A DNA stretch of 64,000 nt. Source: an uncultured Flavobacteriales bacterium. GTDB lineage: Bacteria > Bacteroidota > Bacteroidia > CAIKAF01. Shown here piece after piece: positions 18,704-28,320 of this stretch. Position 1 is the first letter of the stretch, and each line of letters begins with the position of its first letter. The position numbers and the translations under genes are program-made. The stretch covers positions 29,016 through 93,015 of the forward strand of contig CAILUT010000031.1 of assembly GCA_903837495.1 (NCBI GenBank). Direction: 5' to 3'. The notes beneath the pieces are model-generated. The model did not search any database, was not told the origin of the DNA, and saw only the letters and a program-made list of their open reading frames with translations.

Positions 18704-20062
18704 ATGAAAGAGAAAAATGCGGAAGGTGCAGCCATAGGATTTAATGGTAGGGTTTTATTGGCTTTTGCCCTACTTCTGATTTTGGGCTATGGAATGGCAG
18801 GGTTTTTTGCATTTCCGGTGGCAGACGACCTTTCATTTGCATTGATGAGGAAGGAGGGCGGTTGGTGGGAACTCGGCCTGAATGAGTGGAATCGTTGGAG
18901 CGGCAGGTACATCAGCAATTTTTTGGTTTTGGCGAGTCCTTTGTATGTTGGCGGAATTGACCTTTACACCTGGATGCCTCTTTTATTGTTGCTTTTTCTT
19001 TTGTTCAGCGTGTATGCTATATATCGCCTTGCAAGGGTGGAACAGTGGCCTGTTTTTGTTGGAGGGTTTTTACTGGTATTTTTAGGAGGAATGCCAGATG
19101 TTACAGAAGGCATTTTTTGGTTTACGGGAGCTTGGATTTATTTGCCAGGCGTTTTCATTTTTACTTTAGCCTTTACGCTCAAGTTAAGCGCAGATTCAGA
19201 TGAAAATGGGCCAAGAAAGCGAAAACTGATTTTGTCGGCCATTCTGTTTTTTCTGGCGGGGGGATTTAATGAATTGATGCCGATTTGGGCATTGTTTTTT
19301 TCGGTTTTTCTATTTCAATTTAAAAAAGCAAGGTGGGAGCAAGTTTTATTTCTGGTATTTCATGGCCTTAATTTGCTCTGGGTATTTTCAGCCCCAGGGA
19401 ATCAAATACGGCAAGCTCAATTTGAAGGGAACCACCAAGTTTTCAACTCTTTTGTTTTAAGCTCTTTGTACACGGGTCGGTTTATGATTGAATGGGTTCT
19501 GAATCCAACCCTTTGGATTTGGGCTCTTTTTTTGGTTTTTTATTCTGGAAACAACAAGGCAAGTACACAGCCCCTTTTTGCCAAACCCCTTAAGGCTGTT
19601 TTTTTAAGCCTTGGCGCCCTTTACCTCTCCGTTTTTACCCCAGTTTGGGCCACTGGCATTTTGGGACAATACAGAACAATCAACCAGGCTTATTTTTTGT
19701 TTTTGATTTTGTTTTCAATGGCAGTTTACCACAACAGGTTTCGTTTAAGGGGTTGTGTTCCTTTTGGAATAAGATTTAAATCTGCGTGTTTTTTGTTTCT
19801 GGTATTTGGCATGGTATGGAAGAACAATTATTTTCTATGGAAAGAACTATGCGATGGTCAGCTTCATCAATTTCACATTGAAATGCTGCACCGATTTTCG
19901 CTGCTGGAACAGTGCAATTCAAAAGAATGTTGGATTCCCGAGCTTTCTGTCCGCCCTAAAACTCTGTTTGTGTATCCTTTGTCTGAAGACCCCAATCATT
20001 GGAAAAACCGACAGTATCAAGAATACTTTTCAACGGAAGCGGTACACAAGATTGAAAATTAG
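18704..20062 (+). CDS. DUF6056-like multi-pass membrane protein (putative GT-C glycan modifier)
   Basis: PVADD...WSGRY, FWFTGAW.Y, GGFNE, SAPGN..R motifs. Many TM segments, AT-richer DNA. Confidence 0.7.
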   Translation: MKEKNAEGAAIGFNGRVLLAFALLLILGYGMAGFFAFPVADDLSFALMRKEGGWWELGLNEWNRWSGRYISNFLVLASPLYVGGIDLYTWMPLLLLLFLLFSVYAIYRLARVEQWPVFVGGFLLVFLGGMPDVTEGIFWFTGAWIYLPGVFIFTLAFTLKLSADSDENGPRKRKLILSAILFFLAGGFNELMPIWALFFSVFLFQFKKARWEQVLFLVFHGLNLLWVFSAPGNQIRQAQFEGNHQVFNSFVLSSLYTGRFMIEWVLNPTLWIWALFLVFYSGNNKASTQPLFAKPLKAVFLSLGALYLSVFTPVWATGILGQYRTINQAYFLFLILFSMAVYHNRFRLRGCVPFGIRFKSACFLFLVFGMVWKNNYFLWKELCDGQLHQFHIEMLHRFSLLEQCNSKECWIPELSVRPKTLFVYPLSEDPNHWKNRQYQEYFSTEAVHKIEN

Positions 20063-20805
20063 AAATCGCGTACAACCCGCACCCGAACGCTGTTGTTGCT
20101 GCGTGAAATGGTGGTTTGGGTTGCGTTTGAGAAATTGACCGTCCAGCCGGGAATAGGAAGGCTGTTGTCGTTGCAGCTGCTGCTCCAATAGGCGGCTGCA
20201 GCAAAGTTCCCCAAACCGGCCAAATGCAGATTCTGGTACATCAAATTGAGTTCGTATCGGCTGGGCATGCGCCAATCGGTATAAACTTTGCCGGCATTGT
20301 CGTGGTTGTTGGGGTTGGAATAGGCGTCGTCGGCTAGGCCGTAATTGATGCCGGCGGATTGGTCTTGAAGTGCAGCCACCAGGCCATGATCGCCGGCGGT
20401 ATTGACGTAAAATACAATGCCCCCGCCCCACAATTCCCCTACAAAATGAACTCCGCCGCCGCCGCCGCCACCGCCGCCGGGATTGCCCCCGGTTCCGGTG
20501 TCTGACAAGCAAATCCAGGTAGGCAATTGAGGCGTGCCCTCGTTGATTTCAAGGCAATGGGTGTCGGTGTTGTACAAGACCAAGCCTTCGGCTGGAAGTA
20601 CAATTCCATTGCGCTGGACCGTGCTGAGTCGGGGAGGAAGGAAACCTTGAGAGGGACTTGCGACTTCAAGGGCCGCCGAAGGGTCTGGATTGGCGGTTTG
20701 AATGCCCACGGATTGGGAAAACAGGTTTTGAAGCAACAAGAGCCCCATGCCGATTAAAACACATTTCAAGGTTTGCATGTGCAGGGAATGTATAAGGTTA
20801 TTCAT
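20059..20805 (-). CDS. Secreted protein with C-terminal DUF1566/Lcl-like (CLec-fold) domain
   Basis: Signal peptide, VGIQTANPDPSAALEV..QGFLPPRL module, poly-Gly linker, GGGIVFY, DWRMPSRYEL, YWSSS, C-terminal VRVVRDF. Start may be a downstream ATG. Confidence 0.8.
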   Translation of the reverse strand: MNNLIHSLHMQTLKCVLIGMGLLLLQNLFSQSVGIQTANPDPSAALEVASPSQGFLPPRLSTVQRNGIVLPAEGLVLYNTDTHCLEINEGTPQLPTWICLSDTGTGGNPGGGGGGGGGVHFVGELWGGGIVFYVNTAGDHGLVAALQDQSAGINYGLADDAYSNPNNHDNAGKVYTDWRMPSRYELNLMYQNLHLAGLGNFAAAAYWSSSCNDNSLPIPGWTVNFSNATQTTISRSNNSVRVRVVRDF

Positions 20806-20901
20806 CGGTTAAGGTAAGAAAAGGAAAGCGGTAAAAGTGCAAAAAGGGCCTAAGTTAAAGAAATCCTAAAGTCAAGTAGAAAAAGAATGCCGGTTTTTTT
20901 T

Positions 20902-21060
20902 GAGCGGCCTGCGGGCCGGATGGAAGAAGGTTGCCCGCAAGGGGCAGCTTGGATTCTGGCGCGCGGCGGCAAGGGCGACCTTGGGAGCCACTTGCCGCCC
21001 GCTGCCGGAACCAAGCTGCACCGCGGACAACCTCTGACAGCCGGATAACCCGCCCCAAAA
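20902..21060 (+). ncRNA. Structured hairpin element copy 2 (Flavo-1-like)
   Basis: Nested stems GCAGCTTGG/CCAAGCTGC, TTCTGGC/GCCGGAA and GGCGGCAAG/CTTGCCGCC, apical GGCGACCTTGGGAGCC, end CGCCCCAAAA. Confidence 0.65.
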
Positions 21061-21154
21061 CAAGACAAACAACGCCCTGCGTTGCAGATTATAGGGCAGG
21101 CCGCTATTTAAATTGTAAAATTTAGAGTAGGTTTGATTTCTAAATCGTTAAATA

Positions 21155-22618
21155 ATGTTTAAGCCGCTGGTTTTCATTTTCGCTTTCTTGGCCATGGCCA
21201 ATGGACTTGTTGCTCAGGGAGACTCCGCCGCAACGGCCGTTGTGGCCGACACGGTACAGCAAGCCACAGAACTTATTCAGCCCTTGGCCAAAAAAGACTT
21301 CAAGATTGCAAGCGAGGGAATGAGTTTGGCCTCGGTGCTTCGCGGAGCCATGGGTTTGCTGTTTCTAATAGCCCTTTCGGTTGTTTTTAGTACAAACCGA
21401 CGTGCTATAAACTGGAGGCTGGTAACCGTGGGCGTGCTGCTGCAGGTTTTTATTGGCATTTTGGTTTTAAAGGTTTCTTTTTTTCAGGCTGGCTTAGAGT
21501 TGATTAGTTTGGGCTTTACTCGGGTGCTCGGCTTTACCCAGTCGGGAGTTGACTTTTTGTTCAACAATATGGATACCGGGACAATGATGCCTGCCCTGAA
21601 AAGCTTTGCCTTTGTTATTTTACCTACGGTCATTTTCTTTTCGGCCCTGACCAGCCTGCTCTTCTTTTTAGGAATTTTGCAGAAAGTGGTATTTGCCATG
21701 GCTTGGGTAATGAAGCGCAGCATGGGCCTGTCGGGGCCTGAAAGTTTGGCGGCAGCCGGAAATATCTTTTTAGGGCAGACAGAGGCCCCATTGTTGGTGA
21801 AACCCTACATTGCCGGAATGACTAAGTCGGAGCTAATGTGTTTGATGTCGGGCGGCATGGCTACCGTAGCGGGCGGCGTGTTGGCCGCCTACGTTCGTTT
21901 TTTGGGGGGAGGCGACCCTGTTCTGGAACTTTATTACGCCAAGCATTTGATTACAGCCAGTGTGCTGTCGGCACCAGCCGCTATTGTTGTTTCGAAAATC
22001 ATTGTACCCGACCGTGAGAAGGTTCAAACCGAATTAAGCATTCCCAAAGAGAAAATCGGGACCAATTTTTTAGAAGCCATCAGCAACGGTACCGGCGATG
22101 GTTTAAAGTTGGCGGTGAATGTGGGTGCTATGCTGCTTGTTTTTACCGCCATGGTTACCATGGTGAATTTTATGCTTCAAAATCTGTTGGGAGAATGGAC
22201 AGGATTGAATGCCGAAATTATTGCCCTGACCGGCGGCAGCTACAAAGGTCTAAATCTTCAGTTTTTGTTGGGGTATATTGGGGCTCCCATTGCCTGGATG
22301 GTCGGCGTGCCCGTAGAAGACATGGTGGCTGTGGGGCAGTTGGTGGGCCAAAAGACTGTACTAAATGAATTTTATGCCTATGTGGAGCTGGCCCAAATGA
22401 AGGGCGCCGGGGCTTTTGTGCATGAAAAATCGGTGATTATGGTAACCTATATTTTGTGCGGGTTTAGCAATTTTGCCAGCATTGGAATTCAGATTGGGGG
22501 CATTGGTTCGCTTGCTCCCACTCGCAAGGGACAGCTTTCTGAACTGGGTTTCAGAGCCATGTTGGCGGGTTCGCTTGCTTGCTTGATGACCGCTGCCGTA
22601 GCTGGAATGTACTACTAA
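21155..22618 (+). CDS. nupC: Concentrative nucleoside transporter (CNT/NupC family)
   Basis: NIFLGQTEAPL, MSGGMATVAG, KTVLNEFYAY, CGFSNFASIGIQIGG. Confidence 0.93.
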   Translation: MFKPLVFIFAFLAMANGLVAQGDSAATAVVADTVQQATELIQPLAKKDFKIASEGMSLASVLRGAMGLLFLIALSVVFSTNRRAINWRLVTVGVLLQVFIGILVLKVSFFQAGLELISLGFTRVLGFTQSGVDFLFNNMDTGTMMPALKSFAFVILPTVIFFSALTSLLFFLGILQKVVFAMAWVMKRSMGLSGPESLAAAGNIFLGQTEAPLLVKPYIAGMTKSELMCLMSGGMATVAGGVLAAYVRFLGGGDPVLELYYAKHLITASVLSAPAAIVVSKIIVPDREKVQTELSIPKEKIGTNFLEAISNGTGDGLKLAVNVGAMLLVFTAMVTMVNFMLQNLLGEWTGLNAEIIALTGGSYKGLNLQFLLGYIGAPIAWMVGVPVEDMVAVGQLVGQKTVLNEFYAYVELAQMKGAGAFVHEKSVIMVTYILCGFSNFASIGIQIGGIGSLAPTRKGQLSELGFRAMLAGSLACLMTAAVAGMYY

Positions 22619-22623
22619 AAACC

Positions 22624-23676
22624 ATGCTTGGAGCCCCACTTTATGAGCAGAACTTTCCACGGGGATTTGCCAGCGACAACTATTCAGGAGCCCACCCAGA
22701 GGTGTTGGAGGCCTTGGCTCGTGCCGGCCGAGGGCATGCTTCTTCGTACGGCTACGACCCCTTTACCCAGGCATTAACCCAAAGGTTAAGGGATGAACTA
22801 GGTGCCGAAACGGGTGTTTTTCCGGTTTTTAATGGAACTGCGGCCAATGTGTTGGGTTTGCAAACCCTGATTCGGCCCTACCAAGCTGTTCTGTGTCCCA
22901 GCAGCGCGCATTTGAACGAAGATGAATGCGGAGCACCCGAGCGGTGGTTGGGCATTAAGCTGTGGGACGTGCCCACGGAAGACGGGAAACTGCGGCCGGC
23001 CGATATTGAAGCCTGTTTGCATGGGCGGGGCGATGAACACCGGGTACAGGTGGCCGCCGTTTCCATAACCCAACCCACGGAATGGGGCACCTTGTACTCG
23101 GTGGCCGAAATACAAGCCCTTTCGGCATGCTGCCGAAAGCATGGATTGTGGTTGCACATGGATGGAGCTCGGATTTCGAACGCGGTGGCCGCCCTGGGCC
23201 GTCCGCTGCGCGAAATAACCGTAGATGCGGGGGTGGACGTAATGAGCTTTGGGGGAACCAAAAACGGATTGGTGTTTGGAGAATTGGTTTTAACCTTTAG
23301 GCCAGAACTCGCGAAGGAAATGCTGTATTTCAGGAAACAAATGGGGCAGTTGCATTCGAAAATGCGCTTTATTTCGGCTCAGTTTTTGGCTTTTTTTGAA
23401 GGGGATTTATGGTTGAAAAGCGCCGGGCATGCCAACGCCATGGCAGCGGCATTGTCGGCCGGATCCGCAGGATTGAAGGGCGTGGAATTGGCGTATCCTA
23501 CCCAGGTAAATGGGGTTTTTGCTTGCATACCAAAGAACTGGATTGCTCCGCTGCAGGCGCATAAGCCTTTTTATATTTTCGACCCGGGGCGGAACATGGC
23601 GAGGTGGATGTGCAGTTTTGATACGGAGATGGGAGAGGTTGAGGAATTTTTGGCGGCGTTGAGGGGGATGGGGTAG
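22624..23676 (+). CDS. ltaE: Low-specificity L-threonine aldolase
   Basis: FASDNYSG, NGTAAN, HMDGARISNA, SFGGTKNG (PLP lysine). Start ATG 22624. Confidence 0.92.
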   Translation: MLGAPLYEQNFPRGFASDNYSGAHPEVLEALARAGRGHASSYGYDPFTQALTQRLRDELGAETGVFPVFNGTAANVLGLQTLIRPYQAVLCPSSAHLNEDECGAPERWLGIKLWDVPTEDGKLRPADIEACLHGRGDEHRVQVAAVSITQPTEWGTLYSVAEIQALSACCRKHGLWLHMDGARISNAVAALGRPLREITVDAGVDVMSFGGTKNGLVFGELVLTFRPELAKEMLYFRKQMGQLHSKMRFISAQFLAFFEGDLWLKSAGHANAMAAALSAGSAGLKGVELAYPTQVNGVFACIPKNWIAPLQAHKPFYIFDPGRNMARWMCSFDTEMGEVEEFLAALRGMG

Positions 23677-23718
23677 AGACTATTTTTATACCTTTAATCC
23701 AACCAGCCACCACTACGA

Positions 23719-25863
23719 ATGAAATGTAGAATTCTGCTATTTTTTGCCGCAATTCCGGTTTTTCTTTTTTCCCAATCCGTAGGCCAACAACGCTCCATTG
23801 CCCTTAGCTCGGCCCCTGAACCGGGAGGCGGGCTGCGCCTAACCTGGAAAATCCCTCCGGGGAACCATACCGGCTTTTCTGTCCGTAAAAAAGACTGTGC
23901 TCAGGCCGCCTATTCCAATGTGTTGGCCACACTTCAGGCCACCGATACCACCTGGGTGGACGCCTCGGCGGCTCAAGGCTCCTGCACCGACTATGTGCTG
24001 CAAGCCTTGGGCAACAGCCTGAATCCCAGCGCCACCATCAGTGCCGTTCTCGACTATTTTCCTGCTTTGCCGGGAGGCATTGCCTTGGTGCTCGACACCG
24101 GATTGATGGCTCCTCAAGATGCCCGAATTCAACGTTGGATTGTGGATCTTCAAAAAGAAGGCTGGTCTGTTTTTGTTTTGCCCACCCATGCCCAGGCAAG
24201 TCCGGTATCGGTGCGTCAAGGCTTGCAGGCTTTGCGCTTGGCTCATCCCCAAATAACCCAGGCCGCCTTAATGGGGCGTGTTCCCGTTCCCTACAGCGGA
24301 GACATTTATCCCGATGGGCATACCGACCACCGGGGAGCTTGGCCGGCAGACGGATATTACGGCGACTTAGATGGGTTTTGGTCGGACCAATCGGTAAACA
24401 GCCTTACCGGCAGCCAAACCCGAAACCACAACGTGCCCGGCGACGGGAAATTTGACCCTTCTATGCTGCCCTCTGATTTGGATTTGGCTGTGGGCCGCAT
24501 GGATTTTTCAGACATGGGAACTTTTGGAGGGCACAAAGAACTGCTGGAAAGGTACTTGGATAAAAACCACGCCTTCCGTTCCGGGGATTGGAACCTACCT
24601 GAAATCGGGATTGTGGACGACAACTTCCCCTCGTTTCAAGAAGGCTTTGCCGCCCCAGCTTGGCGCGGGTTTCACCCCATATTTGGATTGCAAGGCCTTC
24701 AGGAAACCGATTTTTTTGGAACGGGCAATGGAAGTGGGGCATTGATTGGATATGGATGCGGAGGGGGTTCCTATCAAAGCTGCTCGGGAGTGGGCAGTTC
24801 CTCACAGTTTGCCACCGACAGCCTGAAAATCCCCTTCAACCTCTTGTTTGGCTCCTACTTCGGCGACTGGGACAATGCCAATGCTTTTTTGCGGGCGCCC
24901 CTGGCTTCTCGCGGCATGGGCCTAATTAATATGTGGGCAGGTAGGCCCTACTATTATTTACATCCCTTGGCTGCTGGCAGCACCTGGGGCGAAATGTTCC
25001 GAAAAAGCGTCAATGTGCCCTCCTATTCGTTTGGAAATGCGGCGGGACAACGGGGAGTGCACACCGCGTTGATGGGCGACCCCAGTTTGGTCTTGTTTCC
25101 GAGGAAAGAATCGGCCGATGTTCTGGCTCAATTGGACTGCGACAGTCTGCGTTTAAGCTGGCCCAATGTGAGCATTGCTTGGCCAGAATGGGTGGAATTT
25201 GCCTGGGCAAGCGACAGCCTTTCGCCTTTGCAGCTGATGGGTCGGCAGCCTTTTTCCAACGGGCAATGGACCATGGCATTGCCTTCCGATACCGGTCGGC
25301 TGTTTAGCCGGCTCTTGTTCAAACGTCCTACGGGTTCCGGGCATTTTTATCAGTTTGGTCCGGGGGATTGGTTTTCTGTTTCTACCCAAAGACTTAGCCT
25401 GAGCCTGGACAGCCTTTGGGCGGAGTCGGCTTCGGGTGCCTGCGATGCCGGCACAGCCCTTTCGGTTTCGGGGGGGCAAGCGCCCTATCAAATGGCTTGG
25501 CTGCAAGTGCCAAGCGGCCAAACTGGAACGGGAAATTCCGGCCTTTGTCCCGGAAATTACGTGTTTACGGCAACGGATGCGGGGGGCTGTTCCCGCAGCA
25601 GCGACACCCTGTTGCTGCCTGGGTTTAACACCATTGAAACGGATCAGGCCGAAAGCAACGGGCTGTATCCAAACCCCAGCCAAGGAAAAGTTTGGATGAA
25701 GGGCGGATTTGGGGGCCAGCCTTTTGTTTTGATGGATGCCCAAGGGCGGGAATGCCTGAGCGGGGTATTGGGGGCCGAGGCAGATTTGGATTTGCAGGGC
25801 TTGGCGCCGGGTTGGTATGGATTAAGGGTTGGGGAGCGGGTGTTTAAGGTTTTAAAGAAATAA
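23719..25863 (+). CDS. T9SS-secreted protein with gingipain/C25-like core, SprB-like repeat and type A CTD
   Basis: Signal peptide, GRVPVPYSG..PDGH, D..YGDLDG, AVGRMD, SGGQAPY..W/GLCPGNY..TATDAGGC, C-terminal LYPNPSQG...GWY..LRV..KVLKK. Confidence 0.75.
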   Translation: MKCRILLFFAAIPVFLFSQSVGQQRSIALSSAPEPGGGLRLTWKIPPGNHTGFSVRKKDCAQAAYSNVLATLQATDTTWVDASAAQGSCTDYVLQALGNSLNPSATISAVLDYFPALPGGIALVLDTGLMAPQDARIQRWIVDLQKEGWSVFVLPTHAQASPVSVRQGLQALRLAHPQITQAALMGRVPVPYSGDIYPDGHTDHRGAWPADGYYGDLDGFWSDQSVNSLTGSQTRNHNVPGDGKFDPSMLPSDLDLAVGRMDFSDMGTFGGHKELLERYLDKNHAFRSGDWNLPEIGIVDDNFPSFQEGFAAPAWRGFHPIFGLQGLQETDFFGTGNGSGALIGYGCGGGSYQSCSGVGSSSQFATDSLKIPFNLLFGSYFGDWDNANAFLRAPLASRGMGLINMWAGRPYYYLHPLAAGSTWGEMFRKSVNVPSYSFGNAAGQRGVHTALMGDPSLVLFPRKESADVLAQLDCDSLRLSWPNVSIAWPEWVEFAWASDSLSPLQLMGRQPFSNGQWTMALPSDTGRLFSRLLFKRPTGSGHFYQFGPGDWFSVSTQRLSLSLDSLWAESASGACDAGTALSVSGGQAPYQMAWLQVPSGQTGTGNSGLCPGNYVFTATDAGGCSRSSDTLLLPGFNTIETDQAESNGLYPNPSQGKVWMKGGFGGQPFVLMDAQGRECLSGVLGAEADLDLQGLAPGWYGLRVGERVFKVLKK

Positions 25864-25867
25864 AAGG

Positions 25868-26806
25868 GTGAGCATGGATTTGGTGGTATTGGCGCCGGTG
25901 TACAACGATTGGGAGAGCTTGGCTTGCCTGATGGGGGAATTGGCGGGGGTAAAGCCCAAGGGAGCGCATTGGGCGGTGTATGCGGTCAACGACGGCTCTA
26001 GCCAGTTCCCCGAAACCATAGCTGTTCCAGATGGAATTTCTTTGAACATCCTACACCTTTCAATGAACTTGGGGCATCAGCGTGCCATCAACATTGGCTT
26101 GTGCTACCTGCTTGAAAGCCAGCCCAACTGGGAACGGGTGTTAATCATGGACTCAGACGGGGAGGATCGGCCCCAAGACATTGCCGCATTGATGGAAAAG
26201 TACGACGGAAAAAACCTTGTATTTGCGGAGCGCAGAAAGCGATCGGAGGGTTGGGCGTTTAAATCTTTTTATGTGGCCTATCGAACGGCCTTTAAGGTGT
26301 TGACCGGCAAGGTGATTTCCTTCGGGAATTTTAGTTTGGTTCCCCGGTATGCGGTAAAAACCATGGTTCAAAACGCGGATTTCTGGAACCATTATCCTGG
26401 GGCAGTCATTAAATCTAGGCTACCCTACACGGCAGTACGAACCGAAAGGGGAAATCGGTATGCCGGAGAGTCTAAAATGAATTTCACCAACTTAATTGTT
26501 CATGGGCTCAGTTCTTTTTCGCTCTATTTAGACACCATTATTGTTCGGATGTTGATGGCCGCAACGGCATTAATTATGGTGTCTATTGGAGGAATGGGCT
26601 TGGTTTTGTACATGAAGTACATATCAAAAGTGGCCATACCCGGTTGGACCTCTTTTTTGATGGCCATCATATTGAACATTCTGTTGACGGTGTCTCTGTT
26701 TATTTTTATGATTGTACTCCAGCATTTGAACAACCGCCTGCAACCGCCTTCACGGCCCTTAGATTACTATAAAAAGTTTATTGAAGATGTGGAAGTTCGG
26801 GGATAA
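25868..26806 (+). CDS. GT2 polyprenyl-phosphate glycosyltransferase (GtrB/ArnC-like)
   Basis: PVYND, VNDGS, NLGHQRA, MDSDGED, RYAGESKM, two C-terminal TMs with PGWTS. Confidence 0.88.
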   Translation: MSMDLVVLAPVYNDWESLACLMGELAGVKPKGAHWAVYAVNDGSSQFPETIAVPDGISLNILHLSMNLGHQRAINIGLCYLLESQPNWERVLIMDSDGEDRPQDIAALMEKYDGKNLVFAERRKRSEGWAFKSFYVAYRTAFKVLTGKVISFGNFSLVPRYAVKTMVQNADFWNHYPGAVIKSRLPYTAVRTERGNRYAGESKMNFTNLIVHGLSSFSLYLDTIIVRMLMAATALIMVSIGGMGLVLYMKYISKVAIPGWTSFLMAIILNILLTVSLFIFMIVLQHLNNRLQPPSRPLDYYKKFIEDVEVRG

Positions 26807-28223
26807 AGAGGGTTTGTTTTTTGGTTTTTTGCGCCTTGGTTTGGTTCTGTATTTTCTGTTGTTTAGTTTTTTCACCCTTAAGCAAAAGCAGGACATTCGA
26901 GGTGTTGAGAGCAATGTGGTTCATTCGCTTCAACGCAGTTTGATTCATCCAGAAAAGCTGTATTCAGACCCCGAAAGCCTGCCGTTTCACATTAGCCAGT
27001 ATTCGCCGGCCTACTATTTGGCGGTTGAACTTGCCTTGCAGGTTTTGGGTATAGCTCCAGAGCAGCATTTGGAAATCCGTTTTCTTGGTCGGGGCATTTC
27101 CTTGGTTTTTTTGTTGCTTGCCGTGGCGTATTTGGTCCTAACCTTGACAATCCGATTGGGGCAATCTGTTTGGATTGGGCTGGATGCCGCCTTGTTGTTT
27201 TTAATGGCTACCCTTCCCTGGTATCATTTGATTCGTCCAGATGCTCTTTTGCTGCTCTGCCTTTCGGGTGCCGTGTTTCACACTCTGGGCAGGGGAACAA
27301 AAAACGCCCTGTTCAGTGGACTTTTTATGGCTCTGGGACTGGCCACCAAAATGAATGCCCTCTTTTTTCTTTTGCCATTGGGCATTGCCTACCTGACGGA
27401 ACGCAGATTTAAAGATTTAGCCCTAGCTGCTTTAGCCGGGGTTTTAACCATAGGGGCATTGGCCATGTTGTTTTGGTTGCAGGGGCATCGGTTTGATTTT
27501 TTGCAGGCCAACATTGTGCAGGGAGTTAAAAATGGGAGCAATTGGTTTTTGGCCCTTCAAAAAACCTATTCCTATTTTTTAGCGGTGGTTCTTCCCATAC
27601 TGCTGGTCCTTGTCTGGCTCTATTTGAATCGATTAAGGCCTACAAAACAACACGCATCAAGCCTGGTTTTGAACTTGGGACTTGGATTGTCTGTGGTATT
27701 GGCCTTAGCGGCGGGCATCAAAGTGGGCAGTGCTGAAAACTACTTTTTTGAGCCTCTTTTTTGGTCCTTACTTCTGTTGAGTAGCTTACGAAAGCCCTTG
27801 GTTTCAGATTCCGGTTTTGCCCTTTTGCTCTTGGTGCTTGGGGTATCTTTAGGTGGACAAAAAGCAACCTCGTATATGACTCAATACTATATTGAAGAGG
27901 GGAAGGCCGACTCAAACCCATTGCATGAAGAGCAAATTCGGTTTTTAACATCAGCCTTGAAGGAGGGCGACTATTTTGTGGCGGAGGACAGGGAAATTAG
28001 TTTAGGGTTGCCGACGCATGCTGCCATGGTTCCGGTGGACATTCATTATACCACGTTTAGGGAGAAAACCTATTCATACCAAAACTGGATAGATGCCATG
28101 GCCAATGGCCGCATTCGGTATTGGGTCGGGAGCAGACTGCCGGATAGCCTTTATGGGGCAACCTGGGCAGGTAAATTTGTTGAAATTAAACCCGGAGTTT
28201 GGGAGAGCCAGATTGAAAATTAA
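26787..28223 (+). CDS. Multi-pass membrane protein, putative GT-C (ArnT-like)
   Basis: YSPAYY, RPDAL, ALGLATK motifs and many TMs. Overlaps the GtrB-like gene. Confidence 0.65.
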   Translation: MWKFGDKEGLFFGFLRLGLVLYFLLFSFFTLKQKQDIRGVESNVVHSLQRSLIHPEKLYSDPESLPFHISQYSPAYYLAVELALQVLGIAPEQHLEIRFLGRGISLVFLLLAVAYLVLTLTIRLGQSVWIGLDAALLFLMATLPWYHLIRPDALLLLCLSGAVFHTLGRGTKNALFSGLFMALGLATKMNALFFLLPLGIAYLTERRFKDLALAALAGVLTIGALAMLFWLQGHRFDFLQANIVQGVKNGSNWFLALQKTYSYFLAVVLPILLVLVWLYLNRLRPTKQHASSLVLNLGLGLSVVLALAAGIKVGSAENYFFEPLFWSLLLLSSLRKPLVSDSGFALLLLVLGVSLGGQKATSYMTQYYIEEGKADSNPLHEEQIRFLTSALKEGDYFVAEDREISLGLPTHAAMVPVDIHYTTFREKTYSYQNWIDAMANGRIRYWVGSRLPDSLYGATWAGKFVEIKPGVWESQIEN

Positions 28224-28290
28224 ACCCAAAATGGATGTTAAGGGTTTGGAATAGATATGAGGGGCGTCAAAGGCCACCAATAAATTCAAC

Positions 28291-28298
28291 TACCTTTG
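28291..28298 (+). promoter_or_regulatory. -7 promoter box for wzm1 operon
   Basis: TACCTTTG 22 nt before ATG 28321. Confidence 0.55.
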
Positions 28299-28320
28299 TG
28301 CCCGACACTGGAAAAACAGA

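Noticed and set aside
20059-21060. Complete diversity-generating retroelement
   Set aside because: No reverse transcriptase, Avd or template repeat seen in the window
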